Origin: Sphagnum compactum
Taxonomy: Eukaryota
Length of the DNA: 64,000 nt
NCBI GenBank assembly: GCA_965153455.1
Contig: OZ234494.1
Location: forward strand, 10,106,001 to 10,170,000
Direction of reading: 5' to 3'
In this document: piece by piece, positions 13,105 through 27,056 of the stretch
Layout of the letters: every line of letters begins with the position of its first letter
Numbering within the stretch: the stretch's first letter is position 1
Notes under the pieces: model-generated
The model's input: only the letters and a program-made list of their open reading frames with translations
What the model was told of the DNA's origin: nothing
Database searches by the model: none
Made by a program: the position numbers and the translations under genes

Positions 13105-16100
13105 ACAAAATTCAAAAAAATCATCCACCTAATGAACTCTTCTAACTCCTCTTCTACATCTACATGCTTTTCAAGGAATTCCACTAAGTTAGATGGAGAC
13201 TTACAACTTATTCTAGGATCATTAGACCAATTTTTGTTGACAAATATCAACTTCTCTAAATTTTCAATCTACAAACGACATTTCTTAAGGTTGATAAGTA
13301 TACCAACCAAAGAAAAATAAAATTCTATTTCAATTTGAGATCCAACAACACCCAAAATCTGTTGGGCTAAAAATCCAACTATAGGAAACATTGCTTCATG
13401 TTTCTGCCATCACTAAAGAGGACATTTGATGTCCTTACATCCAATTGATATCTCCTGAAAATCAGGAACTCCCTCTTCACAAGCTTTTCTATTGGTTCAC
13501 TTGTGCTTACAGTTTGCTCAAAAATATCTTGGTCAGCACAAATCTGGACTAACCTTACCAAAAGATGCAAATGTTCATGGCATTTGACCAACATAGGATA
13601 CAACGATTTTTAATCATATTTTTTAACAAGAGCAACACCTTGCTCCCTTCCAACAAATGAAGATACTATACGAAGACTGTTAAACCTAAGGTTTAACATT
13701 GAAGAGATCATATTATGAGCTTTCCTATTTTCATATTTTTTCGAGAATGAAAGGAAAGAATCTAACACATTAATTACCTCCCTTCAAATGTTAAAGGCCA
13801 GCAAGGATAACTCATCAGAAATAATGGAATGATCTTCCATTAAGCTTTCAAATGAAAAAATAATTTTGTTTTCCTCTTTCAATTTCAAATTCATGGAAAT
13901 AGCAGAGTGTAAAACATCACTAAGGAGTCAATGTCCACTAGATGGATTAAGTACATAAGCAGAAACAATTGGAGAAAAACAATCCACTATAATTTGATAA
14001 ATCTGCCAAGTTAGAGGTGGAGGCACTCAACTAGTGACTCTTATAGCAGTTTGTTTGCTGTAACATAACACAATGGTAGAACCAAATTGTAAGGCCTCTT
14101 GAAACTTAATGACCTTACTAGCAAACCTACAACACAACCAATAACATAAAAATTAATTATCTTGTATATTTTAGAACCTAAAAAATTGTAAACTATTGAA
14201 ATAATAATGAAACAAAAAAGACTACTTGGTTTTCATTGGAATGTTCAATTTTCTGGGGCGAATGCCAATCTCATGACAAGTCTTGTTCCATTCTTACATT
14301 CCCGTTCCAAATTTTTTAGGCCAAGTGATGCATTTTTATAGATCTTCATGATCAAACTTAATAGAAACATATTTCAAATCCTTACACACACCTTTTCTTC
14401 TGCAGTGCCATATTGACATGCTTTTGAAAAGGCATGCCCAAAGCAAGTGCCTTCAAAGCTTTTTTTAAACTAAGAGGTTCATAATTTACAACAGCTTTCA
14501 ATGCAGTGGTGATTACATTGAGATTTGACCCTTCATCTTTGACATAAATAATGATTTTTTTTCGCAAACCATATTTGTCCAATAATTCTGTCAAACTTCT
14601 AGCCAATGCTTCACCAATAGTTTTTGTCACCTTAAAGAAGCCAATATTTACATGTTTTGGTTGCCAATCACAGCTCAAAAAATTGATCACTAATGCAAAG
14701 ACATCATAAGCTCCCTTAGACATCCAAAGATCAAAGCTCGCTATTGCAGAAAAACAATCTGCTAATGTAAGAAGAACATATTGTTGACTTGTCTTCTCAA
14801 CTAACCTTGGTAATATCTCTTGGGAAAACTACCTTCTGGAAGGGAAATTTAATTTTGGACACAAATGCAAAATTAAACATTTCAGCCACATACTTTCTAC
14901 AAACTAAATTGGTAAATTATTCTTGACAATCAAAAGGCCCAAGTCTTTTAAAAATTCTTTCTATGGCACATCCTCTCTTTTGAAAGAATCTTTAACAAAA
15001 AAAACTTAGAAATTGATCCATTAGATACAATTGTTCTTTCTTTGTTGGTTGTCTTTTCGCATTCCCTTTCAATAAAAAGTTTACTTTTCTTCAAACATTT
15101 TTGCAATAACAGTGTGCTCTGCATTCACATTTTTTTTAAAGAAGTTATTCCATTTTTTTTATAATAAAAAATAAATCCTTTCCTTGCTTGAATTCTCGAA
15201 TTGATTCTTATTATAGGTTCTTGATAACAAAGGATACTATGCATGATTTGTGTATTTTCAAGATCAATATTTGTATTATCATTGACACAATAAAAACTCC
15301 AACACAAAGACAATGATTCATGTGATTGCCAACTTTTTCTTTGTGCATGCAATTTTTAAAGATTTATTTTCATTTTTTCTTCTCTTTCATTTTCTAGATT
15401 CATGCTTGTTTTGGTTTGCACACTTACATTTTCTTCCATGATTTCATCATCATAGAGATTTCAATTGTTTCATTATTTACCATTACAACATTTTCATCTC
15501 TAGAGGACTGTTCCATTGGCAATTTTCACAAGAATATTTATAGAGTTAATTAAGGTACATTATTAATAGATTATTCAAAAAAATTCACAAACAAATAAGA
15601 AAAATAAAATCAAATATTCACAAAGGTTTACGGTTTAGAAAAAACATTTACAAAAACAATGGGTTTAAGGGTAAAGTTTTGAAAAAAAACATTTACAAAC
15701 AATGGGGTTGAAAGTTAGGAAATAAAATAAAATTACTCACTTTTCTCTCATTAAGGTTATAAAAATCTATAATGATAAAAAAAAATTTAAAAAAATCGTT
15801 TGGATTTATGGATATCCTACACATTAACAAACAAAAAATCAAATTACATTTTAAACAACCATATCAAGACTCAAAAAAACAAAACCAAAATAAAAGAGAA
15901 CATAAATTTAAGACAAAACTACTTAACAAAAAAAACAAAAAAACAAAACATAAAACCAAAAAAAGAAAAAACTTACTTTTGTTGGAGAACTCATTTCTCC
16001 CTCCAAGCTCCAAGCTTTTCCCTACAAAAGAAGAAGGAAGAAGGAAGTACCAACTACCAACCAATAGGGCAGCAAGCTAGCAAGGCAATGAGGTAGTGAA

Positions 16101-17039
16101 ATAACAAATTGGGGGAGGAGGGGTCAAAAGGTACCTCGAGGCAACGAGGTAGGGCAGCAAAGCATGGAGGCAGCACACAAGGCAACAAGGCAGTGCGGAA
16201 GAGGCAACAAGGCAATGTGGAAAAGGCAATGAGGCAGCATGGAAGAAGTAAAGAAGCAACGAGGCAGCGCGGAAGAGGCAACAAGGTAAGGAGGTAGTAC
16301 ATGAAGCAGTGAGGCAATGAAGCAAAGCATGAGGCAGGGAGGTGGTGAGTGCACGAGGCAGCATGTGAAGCAACGCGTGCAGCAGGGCGTGAGGTAGCAT
16401 GCGAAGCAATGCATGAGGTAGTGCGCGAGGCAAAAAAGCAAAAAATGTGTGAGGCAATGAAGCAAAGAACGCATGATGAGGCAACAACAAAACAAGAGGC
16501 AAAGGAAAGAAGCAAAAGAGAAAAAAGAAAAATAAAAAACGAGAGTGAGAGAAGTTGAAAGGTGAGGAAAAGAAAAAAATAAAGAGAAAGGGAAAAAATT
16601 AACTATGATCTAAATCTGAACTCCAAAATCTAAACAACACAAAACACTATTAAACACAACGCCCAACCACAACGCCCAACTTATCTAAACACAAGTGAAA
16701 AAATGCAAGAGGAATAACTAGAGTAGAAAAGTGCATTTTATTAAAACAAATTAGGGTTTTCTGGAAGTGGCCGTTGGAATGCAACACCTCCACCTAACCC
16801 TAAGTTTTTCACTTAGGATTCTATTGAGACCCTTACCCAGGTTAGGGGTCAGACCCTAACCGGGTCACACTATTTTTATTTATTTATACTCAACTGGTTA
16901 TCACCATCCGGTTCTCACACAAGTGAGAACCAGTGATCCGGTTTTCAGGAAGGGTATCACTCAATGTGATACCCTGAGAGGTTCAGACTCTGATGCCCGG
17001 CTGATGCCCAGTGGGAGTTGTGATACCCACCAAACACTG
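13105..17039 (-). mobile_element. Decayed hAT DNA transposon, same family as 215-2096
   Basis: Minus-strand fragments MSKGAYDVFALVINFL..YVKDEGSNLN, BED-like region (CWSFYCVND..HSILC) and a C-terminal dimerisation-like region. GAGGCA-rich subterminal repeats at 16060-16520. Terminus ...GATACCCACCAAACACTG at 17039 (TIR CAGTGTT). The 3' TIR was not found. Confidence 0.85.
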
Positions 17040-17779
17040 GTTTCTTCCTGTGATACGTGGTGGGTACCCTCCAGATACTCGCTGGGTATCATGGGAAATT
17101 TTTTCTTTTAAAAACCATGTTGATTTTTAAGCTCAGTATAGCCCTCTGAGCAGGTAGTTCCTCAAAGTAAGTGCCCATCTGAGCCTACGCACACTTACTT
17201 CCGGAACTCCCTCTCTGAGGCTGTTACCCTACACGCGTAATCTGTCCCGAACTCTAGTTAATATTGCAAGAGAACTGGATTGTGTAGCTGATTTTGCAAG
17301 AGAGGCTGTTACCCTACACGTATAATCTGTCCCTAACTCTGGTTAATATTGCAAGAGAACTGGATTGTATAGTTGATTTTGCAAGAGAAGTGACTCTGTA
17401 ATAAGTTACCAAAGAGACCCGGGCCGAACCTTCTTCCAAACCAACAACAGCTAAAATGAAACAGGTTCCTTCTGAAGATGTGGGACCAGATGAACTAAAC
17501 TCTACATCGTTCCATAGGCTCTCCCTCCCTCAGAGAAGGCAGTCCCAACAAAGGTAAAATTTATGAGCAACGTGTCAAGTGAGGAGAAAAAAATTCCTGA
17601 CACGACACGACACGTCTCACAAATGCGGTGCATTCTCACCATCGCTGAAACGCTTCCACGTGACCAGAAAAATGCAAAGAAACTCATCGAAATCATGCTT
17701 TCAGAGGTTATAACATGTTGATGATTTTCGTGGTGAATGAGCAAGGGCAGCTCGGAAGACAGAAGTACATACCTACCTA

Positions 17780-19266
17780 ATGGAGAAGGAGATCCAAACT
17801 CAAGAAGCAACAGCATGGGCTGGGGGTGGAGAAAGTAGACGATTGCCAGTGACTTTTGGATATGCAAGAGTGAAGGGTTTGCGAGATCACCCAATTGAAG
17901 ACTACCATGTCGCGCGAATGCAGTCATTTGAAACTAATGAAATAGGACTATTTGCTGTATATGATGGCCATGCAGGGACTGAGGTAGCAGCTTATCTGGA
18001 GCAAAAACTCTTTGACAGTATTCTGGTTCACCCTGACTTCGCAAAGGATCCCAAAAAATCCATCACCGATGTCTACTTGTCCACTGATGAAAGGTTGGCC
18101 ACCCCATCTCTTTATGTAGCTCTCTTTGCCTACTGCCCTAACTAGGTCTGTATGTTGTACACACATGTAAGAGAGCACCCCCTCTCTCATTTGAACATTG
18201 ACCCATAAAACACATCTATTTTATGTAGCTCTCTTTACCTCTTGCCCTAACTAGGTCTGTATGTTGGACACACATGTAATAAGAGCACCATCTCTCTCGA
18301 TTGCACATGACCCATAAAACACATCTCTTTTATGTAACTCTCTTTACCTCTGCCCTAGCTAGTTCTGTATGTTGGACACATGTAAGAACACCATCTCTCT
18401 TGTTTGCACATTGACCCATCAATCACATTTCAATATCCATCTGTGTTTATGAACCAGCTAGGTGTATACCCCTTTTCTTTATGTTTGTGTAAGAATTGAA
18501 GCTTATCAAATGAGAGGTTCTCTGGTGCAGAATATTGGACAAAGGAGAGACACAGTTGGCATACAGAGCAGGGTCAACTGCAACCACTGCATTTTTGCTT
18601 GATAAAGGCAGACGCCTCATAGTGGCCAATGTGGGCGATTCACGAGCAGTTCTCTCAAGGAATGGGTGTGCCATTGAGCTGAGTGTTGACCACGAGCCTC
18701 AGAAGCCAGAGGAACGCAAAATGGTTTGTTTCTCACACATAACCCACTCTGTAATTTGAAACAGCAGACCCTGAGCCCTGAATTTCAATGTCCAACTGTT
18801 CTTTTTGCCCTTTGCTCTTCTGTGTTGACATGTGAATACTCAGGTCTGCTGGGTGAGGATGAGCATTTTCAAGTTCTTTCCTCAATAATTATACTACATT
18901 CAGGAGGGGCTATAATGTGTGTAGGTAGAATCCAAAGGTGGTGAGGTGAGCATATCAGCTGCTGGTGGGGTTTACCGTGTTGACAAGAGGCTGGCAATGT
19001 CCCGAGCATTTGGAGACTACACAATTAAGGAGCATCTTAGTGTCGAGCCAGACATCTGGGATAGCAGCTTAACGAAGGAGGATGATTTCTTCATAGTTGC
19101 TAGTGATGGATTGTGGAAAGTTATGGACAACCAAGAAGCAGTTGATCATGTCCGGGCCCAAAAAACTGCAGAGGCAGCTGCCAAGGATTTGGCAGCCACT
19201 GCCCTGAAGCGAGGCAGTCGAGATGACATTTCCTGTCTTGTTATCTGTTTTGCACGTCAAGATTGA
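17780..19266 (+). CDS. Protein phosphatase 2C (PPM family); exons 17780-18093, 18531-18723, 18925-19266
   Basis: Motifs IEDYHV, FAVYDGHAG, GSTATTA, VANVGDSRAVL, LAMSRAFGD, VASDGLW and GSRDDISC. GT-AG introns join the exons in frame (phases 2 and 0). Confidence 0.95.
18104..18420. repeat. Three tandem ~108-bp repeats in PP2C intron 1
   Basis: Unit CATCT.TTTATGTAGCTCTCTTT...CTAACTAGGTCTGTATGTTG.ACACA...GACCCAT occurs three times. Confidence 0.9.
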
Positions 19267-22252
19267 ACTCCAGTTGTGTCACAAAATTAGGTCTTTAAGA
19301 GGACATTGAACTGAAGCCAACAGGGATGTCAAGCAAAGAGATAAAAGCAGTGACACAATCTGGATTGAGAGTCTGCACAGCCAGTAAGATTATTTTCTTA
19401 TTCGATGCCTTCTTACACAGGGCTTAACCCATATGTACAATAGGAAGACCTTGTGTTTCTCAGTGGTGAAAACACAGAGAAAGTTGCAGCCCATACATTG
19501 AAGAATTTGACTGTGGTTCCCAGAACTTGGTGATTGGATCATCATCTCTTGCACAATGTGGGTATCATCTACCAACAAACTATATTGTCCAGATCCATTT
19601 ATGTGATCAAATGTATGGAATTGAATGGTGCGACAGTTTCATATGCCACCATAGCCACATTTTGGTAGTGAGCATGATTGAAGTATGTTGGCAAGATTTC
19701 TAGTTGATTGTAACATAATCAAATCATTATTACGGTTTGGTATCTAGACATGTGCCTTTGGGTCAAATAGAGGCTTTCTGGCTCTGGCTCCCCATCCCAC
19801 CGTGCTTTTGATTCACTCCATGTCAAGAAAAATTCCTGGCAAATCACAAGTATCTCTAAATCAATAGAGTTCAGCAATATGTCTATTTCTCCACAACATT
19901 TAGTAGGTCTAATCTGCCTCCTCTTTTTGACCAGGTATGATTCACAAAAATACAGTGCCGTACCATGCACCAGGCAATTTTGATGAGCTCTTTCTCTGTA
20001 GGGTAAAGCCCTAGGGTGGGGGCACTCACAAACTAAGGGCCTAGGACATTCTGGACTTGGCTACCGCATCATTCTAGACCCCCTTATTTTGGGAATGTAT
20101 CCCACCCATGGGTTTTTCTCATTGTAAAGCATAAGGCAACTGCTATAATGCTTGTAAGTAGGTGTAAGATCCATCCTTTTATTATGGAGGGATATTCCCA
20201 GATATGAGGTGTCCTCCAAATGCACTAGAAATTTTCTTGGAGTGCTTTATGTGAGGGGTAAGGCATGTGGACAGGGGCACTACCAAAGTAATGCAGCCTT
20301 GGCCAGGCACTGAATTTTGGTAACACACCCATTCGAGGTCCTTACTGAGCGCAATGACCACTCAACCTTTGATTGCATATCTGACACACAAAGAAAAAAT
20401 GACAAGCCCTTACAAAATGTAACAGCCCGCCCAAAAGCATAAGATGACCTCCTCTGTCATAAGGGAATCTTACAATTTTACAGATTTGAGGCATCCTTCT
20501 AATACACTCCAAAATCTCTGAGAGGTCATTTTGAAGTATTTTTCAGCCCAGGGTCCTCACAATTGTCTGCTAGTATCTCTTTTTTCTATGGTGGAGAGGA
20601 CAATAGTCTACATTGGTTGAAACTGAGAATGTCTATCACAAGTTGATGAATCATTTTCATCAACCAACCTTCTTAGTTATAGAGAAAAATCAGAAACACC
20701 TTGTTCTACAACCTTCTAGAAAAGTCAAAAGGAAATGTTACACATCAACTGAAACACACCTTTCAAAACATGTGCTTGAATGTGAAACTTAAGAATGAAA
20801 ATTCAATTGACACACCCACATATTTGTCCAACATCTAGAGAAATAGACATGTTGAAATTATAAGGAGCAACCCATTTTTCCCATTTTGTGCAATTCTTTG
20901 CAGGTTACTATTGAACCATGGATTGTCTTACTGAGGTAATCAGTTTAACCAATTACAGAAGAGATCCACTTTCCTTATTTGTTTTTGGTTCAAATTTTCT
21001 TAAATTTTATTATTATTATTATTTTGGGCATTCACTAGGTCTGTTCTATTAAAGGATGTGATTTCATGACTATTAAAAGACTGGGAATTAAATTACTTTA
21101 CCCTAGGGTCAGTTTTGTCATTAAGTAATCCTTAAAATAGTGAAATGAATTTTTGTGAAAATATGAAGGTGAGGTGTGGAAAACCATCATAATCATAGCA
21201 GCCTACAATCTGAATAATTTCACTTCTCATATAACAAAATCTTAGTAGATCATGAAAATAATAATAATTTCAAATTTAAACAACAAATTAATCTTTTGAA
21301 AAAAAAACAATTATTTTGTCTTGTCAATGTGAAAGCTAACTCAAGGCTACAGTAATTGATATTCAATATCACATCTTACAATAGGTAAATGTTCATTAGA
21401 ACATGCTTTGTAACCTCCTTGAGGATATAAGGATGTAAGCTTGCATGCATAACATACAAACCAAGTGTTCCAAAAACTCAACACATCAATTGACATTAAA
21501 CAGTTCTTTTCACAACATTTGCAGGAAACATGAAATTTGTCCTAGAGATCCTCAGTATGTCCTCATTGAATTGCAAATTTTTAAACTTCTTGTCCCCTAA
21601 CCCTATCTACCGACAACGATTGGTGGGTCTTCCTTGCACAAATGTAGTTTTATCTTCAAGACCCCAACTTGCAATCTTTGAACAATAACAATTAGGTCAT
21701 GAATTAGTTCATCAACACTTCATTCTTGGAACACAAACTAGCATTCTTGATATAAACAAAACATAAGATGAAAGATAGTTCTATTAACAATGAGAGCAAT
21801 TTTGATATGGATTCCAAAGAGAATTGTGGATGAGTAATTAGTTAAAAGTATTCATGAGGATAATGATGGCAACTAAGTAAATGAGCAATTTCATGAAAAC
21901 ATGAAGATGGAATATGTCCATTTGTTGTCACTTGGAAAACAATACTATGACACTAAAAGGTTCCAGTTTGAAGAATGTGAGTTCTTGAGGATATTCAAAT
22001 AATTTCATTGTAAATCATTTGATATTTTGATGAGATTTTGAAAAATGTTTGGATTCAAGTTTAATGGCAATAAGATAAATGACACGCATGAATTGAACAA
22101 GAAGATCTACCTCAAGATCATGTTGCTTGACTTTTTCAGAATATGGTTTGGAACATGAAGACTGAGTAATTCATCATTTGTCAATTCAAAGGAAAATAAG
22201 CAGAGAAATTTTTTGGTTGCATTTATGATTCTGTAGTTCATATGAGACAACA

Positions 22253-25200
22253 ATGGGTCCCAAAAAAGTTGATTCTAAAGTCAAAGAAGTTGTAATCAAG
22301 CCTGTTATGGTATCGAAAGAACTTCTAGAACCTATCCCAAAGCCTGAACTCCCAAAGGATGGATACCATAAGGAGATTTCGGATGTGCAATTGGAAGGCT
22401 TCTATGATAATGCACTCAAGTCTCAAGAAGAATTGACAAAGTTCGACTTATTAACTCCAAGTTTGTGTACTCTATATTGTTGTTGACATTTATGTATTGA
22501 AAATATGGTGCATGTTTTGTGGTGTAAAATTTGCTCTCCTTTTTGCAATTTAGTTTTCATCCTATTAGGATTTTGATGTATATTTTCTTGTTTTTTTCAA
22601 TGTGAAATGTCCTTGGAATTTCTTTTATTTTGTAAGTTTTTCATCCTTTTGATAACTCCTTTTGCAATGTTGTTGGTATTTTACCATTGACATTGTCCAT
22701 TATAGGGCATGTTGCATTGTAAATACATATCACCAACATGAATCTCGCAGGTATTTGGGAGGTGTGTTGGGATTGCAAAACTTTTCATACAAAGCACAAG
22801 AACGAATCATCATAGACTATTTTTCTGGCTTCCTTTTGTATGTTGAAAATATTCCTCCTCCATTATCTGGATGAACATCTGATATATTATTGTTATTATC
22901 AGAAAAATGACTCATGCACATCTATCAATGAAATATGATTAGATTGAATGTGGATAATTGTAGAAGGAATGCAATAGAACATAAATGGAATAGGCCTAAT
23001 GGCCATTAGCTTGCAAATCATTGTGGTCCAAGCTTCATAAGCATCATAAATTTTGAATTGAATTTCCCTTCTATTGTCATAAATGTAAAACGACAATGCA
23101 GGCTGTTGTATGATCAATAATGTCTAAAGTCGTGAAACCTCCAGGCCTTTGCCTTCATGGGAAAGCCTATTATACATATAACATTATTGCAAGATATAAT
23201 TGTGTATTCCATTTTGTGCATGTTGGGGCTAAAAATATGACACATTAGCAGGTTTGCGAAAGAGGCAGGGTTGAATTTGCAGTCAACAATGCATGCATAT
23301 CAATTGAGCCACAAAGTTTTGGATATGATCAAAAGTATTGTCACCAATGCGATGTATTTCCAATGGTTCTATTTGCATCTACCTTGTTAACATAACTATG
23401 CAGGGTAACTTCAAAAAGTCCAATTATTGTTATATGGGTTCATTTTCTAGGAAACAAAATTTGTCTCAATGGCTATTGACATGTGGATAACAAATCAATA
23501 GTTAACAAGGAAATAACTTTGATGTTTGGAAAGGCTAGACAATGTTCTTACACACATTCCTTTAAAGCAAAAGCAACATGATGATGGACCTCTTTTTGAA
23601 CCCTATATGGGTGTTTTTTCTTTTGCAAAATGGACTTTACTAAATATAATTTATTGAATTGGTGGTTAGTTTAAGGGTCATCTACATTCTACAACCTTTT
23701 CTTCATTCAAGCTATTGTTTCAATAATAATCATGTAACGAAGAATATATTGTGTTTGCCAAAACATAAGTTCCAACTAATTGCATTAACCACATGTAGAT
23801 GGAATGACTTTTGAGGAAGTTGAAAGGAGTTTCAAGAAGCTCCTTCTCAAGTTGAGCATTTCCCAAACAAAAAAAGATGTTCCACCACTTTCTAACATAG
23901 ACATTCAAAAGATTGCACCTTTCTTTACCACCACGTAGGTGAATCAAACCTCAAGAAGTAGAGTTTTAGGTGTAGGATTATGACCATTTGACTAGCATAT
24001 TTAAAACTTGTTTGTAAGCTTTATATCATACAAAGACCCTTACTCCCTACATGGGCAAGCTAGGTGCCCTTATCTTTCCTTCACAATTCCCATGTTTTGG
24101 AGAATTCAACAATTGCAAGCATTTTTGGATTGATTATGATAGTCAAAGCTTACATCTAATGCTCAGGGATGAGATCCCACAATGACAATAAGATGTCCAT
24201 ATCCATAGATTTGGTCATCTTATAACATTTCCACAACATGAAACCATTACTTGTCCATTGGTAGAATGAAGCCATAGGCATTATTGCAAGCCACAAAAAA
24301 ATTGAATATCACTAGAAATTTAAGACAAACATTTTCCTATTAAAGAATAATCTATGTTATAATGGGCAAATATACTGGATCTTTATGTCATTCATTGAAA
24401 GGTTAATGATTGCAAAACAAATATATCATTGATTTATGAATATGCATGTCGATGATGTAAATCACGATCAACCAAATATAGTTAAACATGTAAAAAATGA
24501 GAACTCACATTTTTGAAGTTTGATTCATGTCATTAAACTATAATGAAAGGGGTTCATCATGCATATTTAAAGATTCTATTTATCCTTGGTGGATAACTAT
24601 TATACTAGTATTATATAATTTTTTTTGACCTGTTTTTGGCACTAAATGAGTTTAAGTTTTTTTGATGCAGAATATTTCAACACTTTCCATTATTCAGTTA
24701 TTGTTTTTTACATGACCACACATATTTTTTCTATTCAAAACATGTGTGGTGTGAAACACCTTTACACATTCCTTTAATGGAGTCATTCACTCAAATGGAA
24801 TTAGAAGTTATTCAGGTACACTAATACCAAGACCTGATATGCCATAAGTATTTCTTGTCCAACGAAAAATGAACTTCCAACTTCATGTCAAATTGGTTCA
24901 TGAACATACAATGGAAAACTTAGTTGGAGAAACAATCAGTCCACTGTTATAATTATCAATTGGACTTACAATAAGGATGAATAAATCAATTTGGTAGTTT
25001 ATCAACATTTTTGCAAGTAACATCCACCCATGGTTTGGGTGTTTTCAGAACACTGAATGTCCTGATAAAAAATCAAAATTGCTTAAGCTTGAAGCCTTGA
25101 CCCACTAAATACAAAAACGTTTTTATGTGGCTTTTTATTTGAAAAGTATTTTGTCTGAAGATTATCCATACATAACCAATTCCAAAGAATTTTGAAACAA

Positions 25201-25654
25201 AGTATGTTTGGAAAATCATGCATTTGGAAATAGAAATTCATTTTGAAAACTATAAACTTAGACTCAACCTAACTTCACATTGAACTTCTAGGCCAAAAAA
25301 GAAGAAGTGAAATGTCTGGAAATGGTGGCTGCTTTCTTAAACCACTTGAAAGAAACAGCAATCAACAACATCATAAATGAAAAAGAGGAAAGTGGTGAAG
25401 ATTTCGAATCACCTGATGAATATGTGCGGTTAAGACCTCAAACAATTGACGAAGCAATAGAACGTGCCATAAGGCACAAGATAGAAGAGGCAAAAAAGGT
25501 GTTCCAAGATGATTATAAAAGTCGTGAAAATTGTATCATAAGCAAGCTTGTGGAGTTGGAACAAAAATCAGGCATAATGCCATCACCTACGACAAGTTCA
25601 GTTGCAGGATCAATTCCAGTTGCTACAGTACCTGCTTCATCAAAGAAGAAGTAA
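22253..25654 (+). CDS. CFAP119/CCDC189-like flagellar central-pair (C1a-32) protein; exons 22253-22440, 22751-22837, 23252-23334, [unresolved ~23500-23610], 24671-24815, 25292-25654
   Basis: Spliced translation gives ...IIIDYFSGFLLFAKEAGLNLQSTM...IFQHFPLFSYCF...CETPLHIPLMES..., resembling C1a-32 family motifs (DxYxxxxxFAKExG; FxHYxLYxYxF; ETP). Splice sites are GT-AG and phases fit for the resolved exons. The family call is from recall of motifs, not a database search. Confidence 0.65.
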
Positions 25655-26039
25655 GACTACATTCTCTTCTAAAAGTATGCCCAAAAGCTTAGGCAACCAA
25701 GACATTGTTCATGTTACATAAGTAGAGATTACAATCTATTGCAAAAGTTGTTGCTAAGTTTGATGATGTGGGTGTAACTCCAAATTCATTTTAACAATAT
25801 TACACAAAGTCATATTTGAATGGTTACATAGCAAAACCCTACATGCCTAGTGTGCCATAATCAACCCCAATAATGAAGGCTTGCAAACATCTTGAATGCT
25901 TAGTACAATTGATCCTCCCATGGTGACTAAATTTCTAATAACACGGCAATAATACCTGATTACAAAAGTTGCTTATTAATTCTTGTTAAATAATGATGAA
26001 ACTTCTTAGTAAACAATGGTTTCCCAAGGTTCTGCTTAT

Positions 26040-26835
26040 GGAATGAATATTTGTTGTTAGCCTGTAACCCCTCCCAAGAAAGGGAAAAAAAAACTTGCAA
26101 AGTGCAAAAGAGAAATAGTGCCTTTATGTTGAGATACTTACTTCTTCCATGAAGGTTTGGACTTTGGACAGATGAGCTTGACAGAAAAAGGAAGAAGTCA
26201 ACATGGGCACTAGTACCACCCATTTCTTTCTTTTCCTTCTCTTACTGATCTCACTGAAATTCCCAACATCTGCAACCTACCCATCATCAAAGTGTCATAA
26301 ACAAAACCAACAACAACTTGGAAAGAATGAAAAAAGGATGATGGTCTCTTCACAATGTGATACTTACTTTCCCAAATGAAGAAGGGTTTGGACAGAGAAA
26401 CCTCAAATGCTCCAAAGTTGTCAACATGGAGCACTACTACCACTAGCCATTCCCCTTCTTTGCCTCTCTCACTGCTGATCTTGTTAAAATTCCCAAAACC
26501 TTCCGATCTTCAAAAATTGTTATAACCCGAAAAACAAACAACAACTTGGAAAGAAAGAAAAAGGAGACTCTCTTCACAATGTGGTACTTCCTTTTTCCAA
26601 TGAAGAGTTTTTGGAGAAAGAAGCTCAAAAGCAAAGAATAGTTGTCAAGATGGGCTCGACTAGTACCCATTCCCTTTCTTTCCCTCTCTCACTGATCTAG
26701 CTGAAATTCCCAAAACCTTTCCATCACCAAATTATTGTAACCCGGAAAACAAACAGAGATTGGTCTCTTCACAATGTGATACTTCAACTTTCTCCACTGA
26801 AGCAGGGTTTGGACATAGAAGCTCAAAAGCAAAGA
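26040..26835. repeat. Tandem ~225-bp repeat (3-4 degenerate copies) directly upstream of TIM10
   Basis: CTAG...CCATT.C.TT.CTT...ACTGATCT...GAAATTCCCAA...TCTCTTCACAATGTG.TACTT...GGTTTGGA starts at ~26210, ~26443 and ~26660. Confidence 0.8.
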
Positions 26836-27056
26836 AAGTAGGTACGTAGTGCACGATCACGACACTACCGCTGCTCTAAACGCCGTTGCTGACGTCTTCA
26901 CAAATTTCGCAGTTGACAAGAAAACTTCACTTCATCTCTTGTCTCGTTCTCTTTTCTATCGCGTTGTGCTTTCTCTCTTACTTGACTTGCAGACGTCGTC
27001 GTCGTCGCCTACTTCCTGCATCTCCGTCGCTTTGCTGCATTCAACTGCATATCGCC

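Noticed and set aside
15772-16558. Lys-rich and Cys/Leu/Ala-rich ORFs
   Set aside because: They arise from A-rich and GAGGCA low-complexity subterminal repeats of the hAT element.
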